Below, one piece after another: positions 8,410 to 19,961 of a DNA stretch of 64,000 bases. A program made the translations under genes and the position numbers. The notes below the pieces were generated by a model that did no database searches, was not told the DNA's origin, and saw only the letters and a program-made list of their open reading frames with translations. Origin of the DNA: Longimicrobium sp. (lineage in GTDB: Bacteria > Gemmatimonadota > Gemmatimonadetes > Longimicrobiales > Longimicrobiaceae). The stretch lies in contig DASVWD010000057.1 of the NCBI GenBank assembly GCA_036389795.1, forward strand, positions 22,681 through 86,680, given 5' to 3'. Numbering within the stretch: position 1 is the first letter of the stretch; each line of letters starts with the position of its first letter.

Positions 8410-8436
8410 GGCCGCACGGAGCATGCCCGTGCGGCC
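8410..8436 (-). terminator. rpsO-pnp intergenic hairpin (attenuator/processing-type)
   Basis: 10-bp stem GGCCGCACGG / CCGTGCGGCC with a 7-nt loop. Its position matches the rpsO terminator/pnp leader of other bacteria. No strong T tract. Confidence 0.4.
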
Positions 8437-8557
8437 CTCGCGAGAGCCCTCTAGCCGTCGTCGATCCGACGCGGTCGCTGGCCGGCGCGCGAAAGCGCCA
8501 TGCCCGCCGTCCGCACCGCCGAAGAGCCGGCTTCCATCCGTCGTCCGCCCCTGCCGC

Positions 8558-8827
8558 TCAGTGGCGCAGCCCCAGCTCGGTGATCAGCGCGCGGTACCCC
8601 TCGAGGTCGTTGCGGCGCAGGTAGTCGAGCAGGCGGCGGCGCTTGCCCACCATCTTGAGCAGGCCGCGGCGCGAGTGATGGTCCTTCTTGTGGGTGCGGA
8701 AGTGGTCGGTCAGGTCGTTGATGCGCGCCGTGAGCAGCGCGATCTGCACCTTGGTGGACCCCCGGTCGTTCTCGCCGAGCTGGTACTTCTTGATGATCTC
8801 GTCGCGGTTCTCGCGCGTCAGGGCCAT
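8558..8827 (-). CDS. rpsO: 30S ribosomal protein S15
   Basis: Internal ATG. Sequence [43 protein letters not shown]...; 89 aa. AGGAGG Shine-Dalgarno. Confidence 0.97.
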   Translation of the reverse strand: MALTRENRDEIIKKYQLGENDRGSTKVQIALLTARINDLTDHFRTHKKDHHSRRGLLKMVGKRRRLLDYLRRNDLEGYRALITELGLRH

Positions 8828-8924
8828 CGATCGGACCTCCTGAAGAGTCTGATGCTGGTCAGGGAGTTGCCGATCCACGATGCTTCGTTTCGGAAACTTC
8901 GCCGGATCAACTTGCAAGCCGTGG

Positions 8925-8953
8925 ATTCTAACACATCGTCCTCTTTCGCACAA
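8925..8953 (-). promoter_or_regulatory. Sigma-70-type promoter for rpsO (TTGTGC-N17-TAGAAT, with TGT extended -10)
   Basis: Read on the minus strand: TTGTGCgaaagaggacgatgtgtTAGAAT, about 95 nt upstream of the rpsO ATG. Confidence 0.55.
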
Positions 8954-9108
8954 CCGCTGGAGCTCGCCCGGTAGCGGGGGAGGTTGAAATGGCCTTGTCG
9001 TACGCTACTCTTCTTCGCCCGCTTCCGGTCCGGCGGGTGTCGATTCGACCGCTCTTCGTTCGACGCACGGGTGCAGAGGCGTGAACAACCCATCCAGAGG
9101 AGACCTCC

Positions 9109-9519
9109 ATGCAGATCACCGTCGAGACCCTCGTGAACGCCGATCTGAACCAGGTCTGGGATGCCTGGAACACCCCCGCCGACATCGAGCGGTGGAATGC
9201 CGCCCACGACGACTGGCACACCACCCGGAGCACCGTGGACCTCCGGGAGGGCGGGAAGTTCCTGGCGCGCATGGAGGCGAAGGACGGCAGTGAAGGCTTC
9301 GACTTCGAGGGCACCTATACTCGCGTGGTGCCGCGCGAGGCCATCGAGTACCGGATGAGCGACGGCCGCGAGGTCAGGGTCGAGTTCCTCGAAGCCGCCG
9401 GCGGCGTGAGGGTGAGGGAAACGTTCGACGCGGAGACGGAGAACTCACCCGAGCTCCAGCGCGCGGGCTGGCAGGCCATCCTGGACAACTTCGCCCGGTA
9501 CGTAGAGGCGAAGGGCTGA
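9109..9519 (+). CDS. SRPBCC/AHSA1 (Aha1-domain) family protein
   Basis: 136 aa. Pattern VWDAWT.P..I..W... and GG.F...M.A.DGS.GFDF.G.Y is typical of this family. Confidence 0.8.
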   Translation: MQITVETLVNADLNQVWDAWNTPADIERWNAAHDDWHTTRSTVDLREGGKFLARMEAKDGSEGFDFEGTYTRVVPREAIEYRMSDGREVRVEFLEAAGGVRVRETFDAETENSPELQRAGWQAILDNFARYVEAKG

Positions 9520-9604
9520 GCGAACGCACGGCGGCAGCGATCCGGGAGATCGAGGGGAGACGAGGGGGAGCGTTCAGCCTGGAAGACAGCTCCGCCGCAG
9601 GCAT

Positions 9605-10000
9605 CTACCACGGCTCGAAGCAGTCGTAGTTGCGCTGCGCCACGATCCTGCCGCCCTGGAGCTCGATGAACATCGCGGAATGGGCGCGCATGGTGGCGCC
9701 GGCCGGGAGCGAGCCGACGTCCACGGCCAGGACGCCGGTCCACAGCACCTCCACCGCCACCCGGTCGCCGCTCGCCACCTCGCCGCGCAGCTCGTAGCGC
9801 TGGCTGGCCACCACCTGCCTGCCGCGCGCGTTCGCCTCCAGCAGGGCGGCCAGGTCGCGGCGGGCACCGTGGGGGACGATGCGGTTCGGGAACTCCTCCT
9901 GCACCACGTCGGGCGCGAAGAACCCGGTGACGTCGGCGTTCTGCTCCAGCGCCTCGAAGTAGCGCCGCACGGTGGCGAGGTTCTCGTTCTCGGCCGACAT
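9605..10000 (-). CDS. NTF2-like/SnoaL-like (ketosteroid isomerase fold) protein
   Basis: 131 aa. Sequence N..TVRRYFEALE...F.PDVV..E and RIV..R.Y.D. Confidence 0.7.
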   Translation of the reverse strand: MSAENENLATVRRYFEALEQNADVTGFFAPDVVQEEFPNRIVPHGARRDLAALLEANARGRQVVASQRYELRGEVASGDRVAVEVLWTGVLAVDVGSLPAGATMRAHSAMFIELQGGRIVAQRNYDCFEPW

Positions 10001-10042
10001 GGTCCGTGACGTTGAAGGAGGATGCGCCGCGGGTGCCCTCGT

Positions 10043-11011
10043 CTACAGCCCGAGCATCCCGCGGCCGATACGCTCGTCCTCGCGCATGGCCTCGACCAGC
10101 GACTCGACGGAGTGGAAGGGGCGGATGTCGCGGATGCGCGCGGCGAAGTCCACCCGCACGCGGTCGCCGTACAGGTCGCCGCTCCAGTCGAGCAGGTACA
10201 GCTCCACCGTGGGCGCGAAGCCGGCGAAGGTGGGGCGCGGCCCCAGGTGCAGCAGCCCGGGGAGCCGCTCGCCCCGCACCCAGCCGTGCACGGCGTAGAT
10301 CCCCTCCTTCGGCAGCATCTTGTCGGGGGCGCCCACGTCGATGTTGGCGGTGGGGAAGCCCAGCTCGCGCCCCTTGCGCTCGCCGCGCACCACGATCCCC
10401 TCCAGCGAGTACTGCCGCCCCAGCAGCGGCGCGGCGCCCGCCACGTCGCCCTCCGCCAGCAGCCTGCGGATGCGGCTGGACGAGACGGCGCCGCCCTCGA
10501 TCTCGATCGCCTCCACCACGTCCACCCCGAAGCCCAGCTCCCGGCCGATCTCGACGAGCGTGTCCACCGTCCCTTCCCGCCCCTTCCCGAAGCCGTGGTC
10601 GTAGCCGATCACCAGCTCGTCCATCCCCACCCGGCCGATCAGGATCTCCTCGACGAAGCGGCGCGCCGGGTACTGCTGGAGGGTGCGGGTGAAGGGGACG
10701 AACACCACGTACTCCAGCCCCGACTCGGCCAGGATCTCCCGCTTCTCGCGCTGCGTGGTCAGCAGCGGCGGCGCGTCTTCCGGACGGACGATGCGCAGGG
10801 GATGCGGGTGGAAGGTGACCAGGATGCTCCGCCCGCCGGTGCGCCCGGCGCGCCGCCCGATCTCGGCGAGCACCTCGCGGTGGCCGCGGTGCACGCCGTC
10901 GAAGGTGCCCACGGTCACCACCGCCGGCCGCCCGTCGCGCGGGAGGGCGGGCGGGAGCGCGGGGTCGATGGCGTACGGCGCCGGCCAGAGGTAGCGGGGG
11001 TCGATCGGCAT
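10043..11011 (-). CDS. ribF: Bifunctional riboflavin kinase/FAD synthetase
   Basis: Start ATG at 11009-11011 (MPIDPRY) overlaps the truB stop as TGATG. Motifs GTFDGVHRGH, SSSRIR and GFPTAN. Confidence 0.93.
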   Translation of the reverse strand: MPIDPRYLWPAPYAIDPALPPALPRDGRPAVVTVGTFDGVHRGHREVLAEIGRRAGRTGGRSILVTFHPHPLRIVRPEDAPPLLTTQREKREILAESGLEYVVFVPFTRTLQQYPARRFVEEILIGRVGMDELVIGYDHGFGKGREGTVDTLVEIGRELGFGVDVVEAIEIEGGAVSSSRIRRLLAEGDVAGAAPLLGRQYSLEGIVVRGERKGRELGFPTANIDVGAPDKMLPKEGIYAVHGWVRGERLPGLLHLGPRPTFAGFAPTVELYLLDWSGDLYGDRVRVDFAARIRDIRPFHSVESLVEAMREDERIGRGMLGL

Positions 11012-11889
11012 CAGGAAGGAGTCATGAAGACCTTGCGCGGGCGCACCACCCCGCCCGCCGCCTCGCCCACGGCCAGCAGCTCGCCGGCGGGGGAGGCGAG
11101 CGCGACGGTGCCCTCCGCCGCGTCCGCCTCGCCCGCGCGGACGGCGCGCCCGTGGCGGACGTCTTCCGCGGCGAGTTCGTCGATCGTGATGCGCGGCAGG
11201 TGCGCCACGGCTTCCAGCGGGGGGATCAGCGCCGCCCGGACGCGCTCCGCGTCGGCCAGCGCGTCCAGCGGCACCGCGCGCTCGACCGCGTGCGCGCCCA
11301 CGCGGGTGCGGCGCAGCGCGCGCAGGTGGCCGCCCACGCCCAGCGTCTCGCCCACGTCGCGCGCGATGGCGCGGATGTAGGTCCCCGCGCCGCACTCCAC
11401 CTCGAGCTCCGCGTCGGGCGGGTCGAAGGAGAGCAGCCGGATGGCGTAGACCGTCACCGTGGCGGGCCTGCGCTCCACGGCCTCGCCGCGGCGGGCGGCG
11501 GCGTACATCCGCTCCCCGCCCACCTTCTTGGCCGAGAAGAGCGGAGGAAGCTGCCGGATCGTCCCCACCTGCCCCTGGAGCGCCGTCTCGACCTGCCCGC
11601 GCGTCACCTCCCGCCACGCGTCGGACGACGAGATGGTCTCGCCGGTGAGGTCGTCGGTGTCGGTCGCCTCGCCCAGCCGCATCGCGGCGACGTACGTCTT
11701 CGGCAGGCCGGTGAGGTACTCCGCCAGCCGCGTGGCCGCGCCCACGCAGACCAGCAGCAGGCCCGAGGCGAAGGGGTCGAGCGTTCCCGTGTGCCCCACC
11801 TGCCGGATCTTGAGCGCCCGCCGCACCGCCGCCACCGCGTCGTGCGAGGTGGGCCCCACGGGCTTGTCCACGGGAAGGACGCCGTTCAC
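11011..11889 (-). CDS. truB: tRNA pseudouridine(55) synthase
   Basis: Sequence GVLPVDKPVGPTSHD...GHTGTLDPFASGLL. 292 aa. Confidence 0.95.
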   Translation of the reverse strand: MNGVLPVDKPVGPTSHDAVAAVRRALKIRQVGHTGTLDPFASGLLLVCVGAATRLAEYLTGLPKTYVAAMRLGEATDTDDLTGETISSSDAWREVTRGQVETALQGQVGTIRQLPPLFSAKKVGGERMYAAARRGEAVERRPATVTVYAIRLLSFDPPDAELEVECGAGTYIRAIARDVGETLGVGGHLRALRRTRVGAHAVERAVPLDALADAERVRAALIPPLEAVAHLPRITIDELAAEDVRHGRAVRAGEADAAEGTVALASPAGELLAVGEAAGGVVRPRKVFMTPS

Positions 11890-12196
11890 GGGAGGACGCC
11901 TCCGAGCCCCCCTCCCCGGCCCTCCCCCCGCTGCGCGGCGGGAGGGGGAACGGCGGCGTGGCGACAGGTTCCGATGCCGGACGCGAGACAGGCGGCGGGG
12001 GCGAGCAGATTCCTCGGGCGCCGCCGGGCATCGTCACCAGGCCGGCGGCGGCGATGCGGCGCCCTCGGAATGGCAGACCTCGTGGGGAGAGAGATCAAGA
12101 CGTTTCCGCCGTCGACGAGGTCCGAATGCAGGCTCCCCCTCGCCCGCGCGGCGGGAGAGGGGGACGGGAGAAGGCGGGCCGGGGCGGGCGCGGCGG

Positions 12197-12580
12197 TCAC
12201 TCCTTCTCCGCGTCCGCGTCCCCGTCGCCGCCGTCCTGCGGGAGCGCCTCGCGCAGGAGCTGCTCGATGCGCTGGGCCTCCTCGAGCACGCGGTCCAGCT
12301 CGAAGTGCAGCTCGGGGACGCGGCGGATGTGCAGCCGCCGGCTGAGCTGGCCGCGGATGAAGGGCGCGGCGCTCCGGAGGCCGGCCAGGATCTCGGCCCG
12401 CTCCTTCTCGTCGCCCAGCGCGGTGAAGTAGACCTTGGCGTGGTCCAGCTCCGGCGAGGTCTGCACCGCCGTGATGGTGGCGAGGCCCACGCGCGGGTCG
12501 CGCACCTCGTCGCGCACCAGGAGCGAGATCTCCTGCTTGAGCTGCTCGTTGAGCCGGTCGGTCCGTCGGAACTGCGCCAT
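12197..12580 (-). CDS. rbfA: Ribosome-binding factor A
   Basis: Internal ATG. Sequence MAQFRRTDRLNEQLKQEISLLVRDEVRDPRVG... Confidence 0.92.
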   Translation of the reverse strand: MAQFRRTDRLNEQLKQEISLLVRDEVRDPRVGLATITAVQTSPELDHAKVYFTALGDEKERAEILAGLRSAAPFIRGQLSRRLHIRRVPELHFELDRVLEEAQRIEQLLREALPQDGGDGDADAEKE

Positions 12581-12590
12581 CTTCAACCCC

Positions 12591-12751
12591 GGGGTACAGG
12601 GGACAGGGTACAGGGGACAGCCGGCAACGGCAACCGCACCCCTTCCCCGCCCCGCCATCGGCAAAAAGGAGGGGACGGGAGACGGAGATCGGGAGACGGC
12701 CGGCCACCAGAGCAGCTGCGGGCTGTCCCCTGTCCCCTGTTCCCCGTCCCC
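12591..12751. repeat. Repeat family A copy 2: heptamer-arm inverted repeat flanking about 100 nt
   Basis: Left arm G-GGGTACA-GGGGACA-GGGTACA-GGGGACA-GCC. Right arm GGCTGTCCCCTGTCCCCTGTTCCCCGTCCCC. Lies between rbfA and DUF503. Confidence 0.8.
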
Positions 12752-12760
12752 TCCGTCGGT

Positions 12761-13042
12761 TCAGTAGAACGTCGTGTACGAGTCGACGATCCGCGCCCGG
12801 CCCTCCTCCTCCACCAGCCGGTCGCACGAGGAGAGCACCGACTGCGCGTGCTTCCGGTCGCCCGAGACCACGCAGACCGCGATCTCGGCGCGCTGCAGCA
12901 GGTCCTGGTGCGCCGTCTCGGCCGCCGACACGTTGAAGCGCGCGTGCAGCCGGTCCTTGAGGCTCTTCACCACCTGGCGCTTGTCCTTGAGGGACTGGCA
13001 CCCGGGGACGTGGAGCTCCCAGACGACGACGCCGACCACCAC
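12761..13042 (-). CDS. DUF503 (YlxP-like) protein
   Basis: 93 aa. Sequence L.VPG..SLKDKR...KSL..RL...FNVS.AE. Conserved position between infB and rbfA. Confidence 0.85.
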   Translation of the reverse strand: MVVGVVVWELHVPGCQSLKDKRQVVKSLKDRLHARFNVSAAETAHQDLLQRAEIAVCVVSGDRKHAQSVLSSCDRLVEEEGRARIVDSYTTFY

Positions 13043-13067
13043 GCCCGGATCTCCGTCAGCCGGCGCT

Positions 13068-15953
<2,886 letters not shown>

Positions 15954-15978
15954 CAGTAAAGCAATCCTCCGTGTGCGT

Positions 15979-16356
15979 TCAGTGCTGCGGGGTCTCTTCC
16001 GCGAGCGCGGCCGCCAGCTCCAGGGCGCGCCGCGCGAAGCTCTCGTGGGTGATGCCGACGGCCGAGACGCCGGCCCTGCCGAGCGCCGCGCCCAGCCCCT
16101 CGCGCGTCAGGCAGGTGGCATGGGGCACGCCGCGCGCCTCCAGCAGCGGGACCAGCTTGTCTCTCTGCGTGGGGGAGGTGTCGGCCGCCAGGAGCGCGGC
16201 GGCCACTTCGCCGTCGCGGACCGCGCGCCGGGTGCCGTCGGTCCCGTAGACCAGCCCCCGCGCGCGGGCGGCCAGCCCCAGGAGGTCCAGGAGCGCGCGC
16301 TCCGGCGCGGGCGCCGGACGCGCGGGCTTCTCGCCGGATCGGTGCGAACCAGCCAA
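15979..16356 (-). CDS. L7Ae/YlxQ-family RNA-binding protein
   Basis: Sits between nusA and infB. Sequence LLGLAARARGLVYG... TTG start, so the exact start is uncertain. Confidence 0.6.
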   Translation of the reverse strand: MAGSHRSGEKPARPAPAPERALLDLLGLAARARGLVYGTDGTRRAVRDGEVAAALLAADTSPTQRDKLVPLLEARGVPHATCLTREGLGAALGRAGVSAVGITHESFARRALELAAALAEETPQH

Positions 16357-16369
16357 GCTCGGTCGCCCC

Positions 16370-17779
16370 TTACCCCTCTGTCAACCCCTCCGCCGGCCCG
16401 GCGCCGTCGGTCTGGGCGCTGGTATCCTCCGACGCCTCGCTGGCGCCGGCCATCGCCTGCGACGCCACCGGCTCGGCGGCGCCCTCCTCCTCCTCGACCG
16501 TCATCTCCTCGATCAGCGCCAGGATGCGGTCGGCCTCGGCGGGGCCGATGGCCGGGATGCGCAGCAGGTCCTCGCGGTCCAGGTCGATGATGTCGAAGAA
16601 GGTGTCGTACCCCGCCGCCTCCAGCGCCGCCAGCGTGGCCGGCGCCAGGTCCAGCTCCTTGAGCGGGAAGTCGGTGTTGTCGTACTCGGTCTCGCCGCCG
16701 CCGCCGAAGAGGGCGCGCTCGGCGCCGTGCTCCAGCCACTCGCGCGAGCCGTACAGGTCCAGCTGCCAGCCGATCAGCTGGCTGGCCAGGCGCACGTTCT
16801 GCCCGTTGCGGCCGATGGCCAGCGACAGCTGGTCCTCGTCGACGATGGCCGTCATGGTGCGCGCCTCGTAGTCGGAGATCACCTTGGCCACCCGCGCCGG
16901 GGCCAGCGCGCGCTTGGCGAAGATCTCCGGGTCGGGGTGCCAGGGGACGATGTCGATCCTTTCTCCGCCCAGCTCCTGCACCACCGCGCGCACGCGGCTC
17001 CCCTTGAGCCCCACGCAGGCGCCCACCGGGTCGATCGACTCGTCGCGCGAACTGACGGCCAGCTTGCTGCGGCCGCCCACCTCGCGGCTGACGGCGCGGA
17101 TCTCCACGATCCCCTGCTGGATCTCGGGGACCTCCAGCTTGAAGAGCGCGGCCACGAAGAGCGGGTCGGCGCGAGAGAGGATCAGGCGCGGGCCCTTGGG
17201 CGTCTCCTCCACCTTCTTGAGCACGGCGCGGATCGTCTCGCCCTGGCGGAAGCGCTCGCGCGGGTTCTGCTCCTTCCAGGGGATGATGGCGTCGGCCTCG
17301 CGGGCGCGGTTGAGCAGCACCACCAGCTTGCCGCGCTCCACCTGCTGCACCTCGCCCGAGAGCAACTCGCCCACGCGGTGCTCGTACTCGTCGCGGATCT
17401 TCTGGCGCTCGCCCTCGCGCACGCGCTGCAGGATGCGCTGCTTGGCGGCCATCACCGCGTTGCGGCCGAACTGGGCGAACTCGACCGGCACCTCCATCAC
17501 GTCGCCGACCTCGAAGTCGGGGTCGTCCCAGCGGGCCTCCTCCAGCGAGATCTCGCGCGAGGGGTCCTCGACCTCGGCGACGACTTCCTTGAGCACGGTG
17601 ATGTCGATCTTCCCCGTGGCCTCGTCGATCTCGATCTCGGCCTCCACGTTGGGGCCGTAGCGCTTGGCGAGGGCCGCCAGGATGCCGTCCTTGATCAGGT
17701 CGTTGAGCTCGTCGCGAGAGATGGCCTTGTTGGCCGTCATCTCGCGGAAGGCCGCGAGAACCTGCGTCGCGTTGTTCAT
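16370..17779 (-). CDS. nusA: Transcription termination/antitermination factor NusA
   Basis: Start at the internal ATG 17779 (MNNATQVLAAFREM) with a GGAAGAGGA Shine-Dalgarno. S1, two KH domains and an acidic C-terminal HhH region. Confidence 0.96.
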   Translation of the reverse strand: MNNATQVLAAFREMTANKAISRDELNDLIKDGILAALAKRYGPNVEAEIEIDEATGKIDITVLKEVVAEVEDPSREISLEEARWDDPDFEVGDVMEVPVEFAQFGRNAVMAAKQRILQRVREGERQKIRDEYEHRVGELLSGEVQQVERGKLVVLLNRAREADAIIPWKEQNPRERFRQGETIRAVLKKVEETPKGPRLILSRADPLFVAALFKLEVPEIQQGIVEIRAVSREVGGRSKLAVSSRDESIDPVGACVGLKGSRVRAVVQELGGERIDIVPWHPDPEIFAKRALAPARVAKVISDYEARTMTAIVDEDQLSLAIGRNGQNVRLASQLIGWQLDLYGSREWLEHGAERALFGGGGETEYDNTDFPLKELDLAPATLAALEAAGYDTFFDIIDLDREDLLRIPAIGPAEADRILALIEEMTVEEEEGAAEPVASQAMAGASEASEDTSAQTDGAGPAEGLTEG

Positions 17780-17822
17780 GTCCTCTTCCTGTGATGATCT
17801 GCGGGGAAGCGGCGCGCCGCGC

Positions 17823-18332
17823 TCACTTCCGGTCCCACCGGTACACCAGGTGCGCCTTCTCGACCTCGGCCAGCGGGAACTCGACCTCGTCGCCGCCGGC
17901 CAGGCGCAGCCGCACCCGCTCCTCGCCGTCGCCGCCGTCCACCCCCACCAGCTCGCCCTCCAGCCGCTTGGCCCGCCCGCCGAGCGCGCCCTTGCCGCGC
18001 ACGGCCACCTCCTGCCCGGCGAAGCGCCTCCAGTCGCGCGTCCGGGTGAGCGGCCGCTCCACGCCGGGCGAGGAGACCTCGAGCACGTAGTTCTCGGAGA
18101 GGTCCTCGCGCCCGTCGAGCCCGGGCTGCAGGCGGCGGCTGACCGTGGTGCAGTCGTCCAGCGAGACCGACGCCTGGCCGGGGACCGAGTCGGGGCGGTC
18201 GATGTAGACGCGCAGGATCGGCCGGGCGCGGTTGCCGGCCACCTCCAGCTCCACCAGCTCGAAGCCCATCTCCTCGACGGCGCGCTCGATGTCGCGCGCC
18301 AGGCCGCCGCCCTCTGCGCCGCTCTCCGCCAT
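17823..18332 (-). CDS. rimP: Ribosome maturation factor RimP
   Basis: Internal ATG. Sequence MAESGAEGGGLARDIERAVEEMGFELVELEV...LEVSSPGVERPL. Confidence 0.9.
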   Translation of the reverse strand: MAESGAEGGGLARDIERAVEEMGFELVELEVAGNRARPILRVYIDRPDSVPGQASVSLDDCTTVSRRLQPGLDGREDLSENYVLEVSSPGVERPLTRTRDWRRFAGQEVAVRGKGALGGRAKRLEGELVGVDGGDGEERVRLRLAGGDEVEFPLAEVEKAHLVYRWDRK

Positions 18333-18344
18333 CCCGGCCTCCCG

Positions 18345-18392
18345 TGCGTTCGGAGAAAAACAAAAAAAAGCGGGGGCACCGGCTCCCCACTT
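18345..18392 (-). terminator. Probable terminator of the RES-Xre unit, upstream of rimP
   Basis: Minus strand reads GGGGAGCCGGTGCCCCCGC followed by TTTTTTTTGTTTTT. The stem is short and imperfect; the T tract is strong. Confidence 0.45.
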
Positions 18393-18550
18393 CCGAAACA
18401 GACGATCCGCCCGCGAGGCGCCCGTCGATCTCCGAACGGAAGCAAAATATAGGCCCTGGCTCGCGGAAGAGCAACCCTGAGAGGGACGAAGCCCACCGGC
18501 GCCGCCAGATCGGCGTGGACGAGGGGGGAGGAACCGTTCGGATGCACCCG

Positions 18551-19180
18551 CTAGACCAGCCCGATGCCGTAGCGGTCCAGCCATTCCGCGAGCTCCTCCG
18601 CTCCCTCCGGCGCCAGCAGCCCGCGCGTACCCACCTCCGCGGCGGCGTCCGCCGCACGGTCGAACAGCGCGACCGCGAAGCCGTCGTCGTCGTGGCGCGC
18701 GCGGTAGCGGATCCCGTCGGGCCGGTCGGGATGCTCGTGGAGCGCGAGCGCCCACCTCCGCGACACGTCGTACGGGCCCATGCAGACCGACGCCGTCGCC
18801 CCGAGGCGCGCCAGCCCCGCGCCGTGCAGCGCGACAAGGCGGAGGTCGCGCTCGACGCGGACGCGGGCGATGGCGCGGTCCGCGACGTCGACCGCTTCCA
18901 CCAGCGGGCGGCCGGGCTCCCGGAGCAGCGTCTCGGCGAAGGCGACGAACGACGCCTCGCCCAGGTAGCAGACGCGGAACTCCCCGCCGGGCGCGTCCCA
19001 CCGCCCGCGGGGCGGCCTGCCCGGCGGCGGGCCGAAGAAGACGGCTTCCCGCCCGACCCGGTGGATCCGGAACAGCTCCGTCCCCGCCGGTGAGACGTGC
19101 AGCGGGAGCGGGCGCCGGTCCAGGTCGCCCGGTGGCGGCGGAGGCGGTCCGGGCTCGCCGGCGCCGCGGGCCGCGGTCAA
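18551..19180 (-). CDS. RES-domain toxin (MbcT/ParT-like NAD+-targeting family)
   Basis: Sequence ELFRIHR...GRWDAPGGEFRVCYLGEASFVAFAETL. Start proposed at a TTG overlapping the antitoxin stop (TTGA). The track ORF runs to 19309 through an Arg/Pro-rich overlap. The position comes from ORF-track frame arithmetic; my hand count of the printed bases was ambiguous by 1 nt. Confidence 0.8.
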   Translation of the reverse strand: MTAARGAGEPGPPPPPPGDLDRRPLPLHVSPAGTELFRIHRVGREAVFFGPPPGRPPRGRWDAPGGEFRVCYLGEASFVAFAETLLREPGRPLVEAVDVADRAIARVRVERDLRLVALHGAGLARLGATASVCMGPYDVSRRWALALHEHPDRPDGIRYRARHDDDGFAVALFDRAADAAAEVGTRGLLAPEGAEELAEWLDRYGIGLV

Positions 19181-19869
19181 GCCAGGTGCTCTCCGTAGGT
19201 GGAGGCGGCCAGGACGGCGCCGTCGGCGTCGCCCTCGCGCAGCGCGTCGAGCGGGGTGCGGCCGCCCAGGACGTCGGCGGGGGCGAGCAGGACGGAGAGG
19301 CGGGTCCACGGCCCCCGCACCCCGAACGCCTGGAGCACGCGGGAGAGCCCGGCCAGGGTGCCGTCTTCGGTGAACTGGAAGGCGGGATACACGAACTCGC
19401 CGTTCGCCCTGGGCACCGCCAGCAGGGTGCCGCGCTGGCGGCGGGCGTGGACGGCGGCCGGGGTCACCCCGAGCTTCTCCGCCACCTGGCCCGCGGAAAG
19501 GCCTCCACCCGCGCGCTCGAGGAGCTCCACCTTCGCGCGCGCACCCCGCGCCCGGGCCGCGGCGAGCGGGTCCCGCGCCGGCGGGGCGATCGGTCCCACT
19601 TCGGCCAGGAGCCCGGCGAGCCCGCCCACGTCGTCGGCGGCCGCCAGCGCGTGCTTGATCGACTCGGCGGGAGCGGCTTCCACCAGGCGTTCGAGCAGCT
19701 GATGGTAGCGGCGCACGAAGGCGTCCGCCAGGTCGCTCCGCCCGGCCCGGGCTTCCCCCGCACGCGGGCTGCTTCGCAGGACGAGGTGCAGCCGTCCGCG
19801 GCGCGCCTTTCCCCGGGCCTTGCGGGTTTTTGCCGTCTCGGCGGCGGGCGTGTGCTTCGATTTCGGCAT
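19177..19869 (-). CDS. Xre/MbcA/ParS-type antitoxin (HTH plus DUF2384 toxin-binding domain)
   Basis: Sequence LSAGQVAEKLGVTPAAVHARRQRGTLL (HTH). C-terminal region ...APADVLGGRTPLDALREGDADGAV. Start at ATG 19869 (GGAG upstream); the alternative start is 19908. Confidence 0.8.
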   Translation of the reverse strand: MPKSKHTPAAETAKTRKARGKARRGRLHLVLRSSPRAGEARAGRSDLADAFVRRYHQLLERLVEAAPAESIKHALAAADDVGGLAGLLAEVGPIAPPARDPLAAARARGARAKVELLERAGGGLSAGQVAEKLGVTPAAVHARRQRGTLLAVPRANGEFVYPAFQFTEDGTLAGLSRVLQAFGVRGPWTRLSVLLAPADVLGGRTPLDALREGDADGAVLAASTYGEHLA

Positions 19870-19961
19870 GGCGGCTCCGCGCAGGCGGTCGTTTGACACC
19901 ATCAACATACCACTGCCTGACTCACGGAGTCAACGTCAGGGAGATGATGGTGGACCTGTAA

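Noticed and set aside
17780-18547. N-terminal extension that makes nusA 725 aa in the track. Similar extensions occur on rimP, ribF (664 aa), pyrH (472 aa), rseP (712 aa), LbH transferase, MBL hydrolase and MFS.
   Set aside because: The extensions are Arg/Pro-rich, overlap upstream genes, and lack homology. Conserved N-termini with Shine-Dalgarno sequences lie at internal starts.
19141-19310. Exact base numbering at the Xre/RES junction
   Set aside because: My hand count of the printed bases disagreed by 1 nt with the frame arithmetic of the ORF track. I kept the ORF-track frames (stop at 19177-19179, TTG at 19178-19180) and flag the uncertainty.
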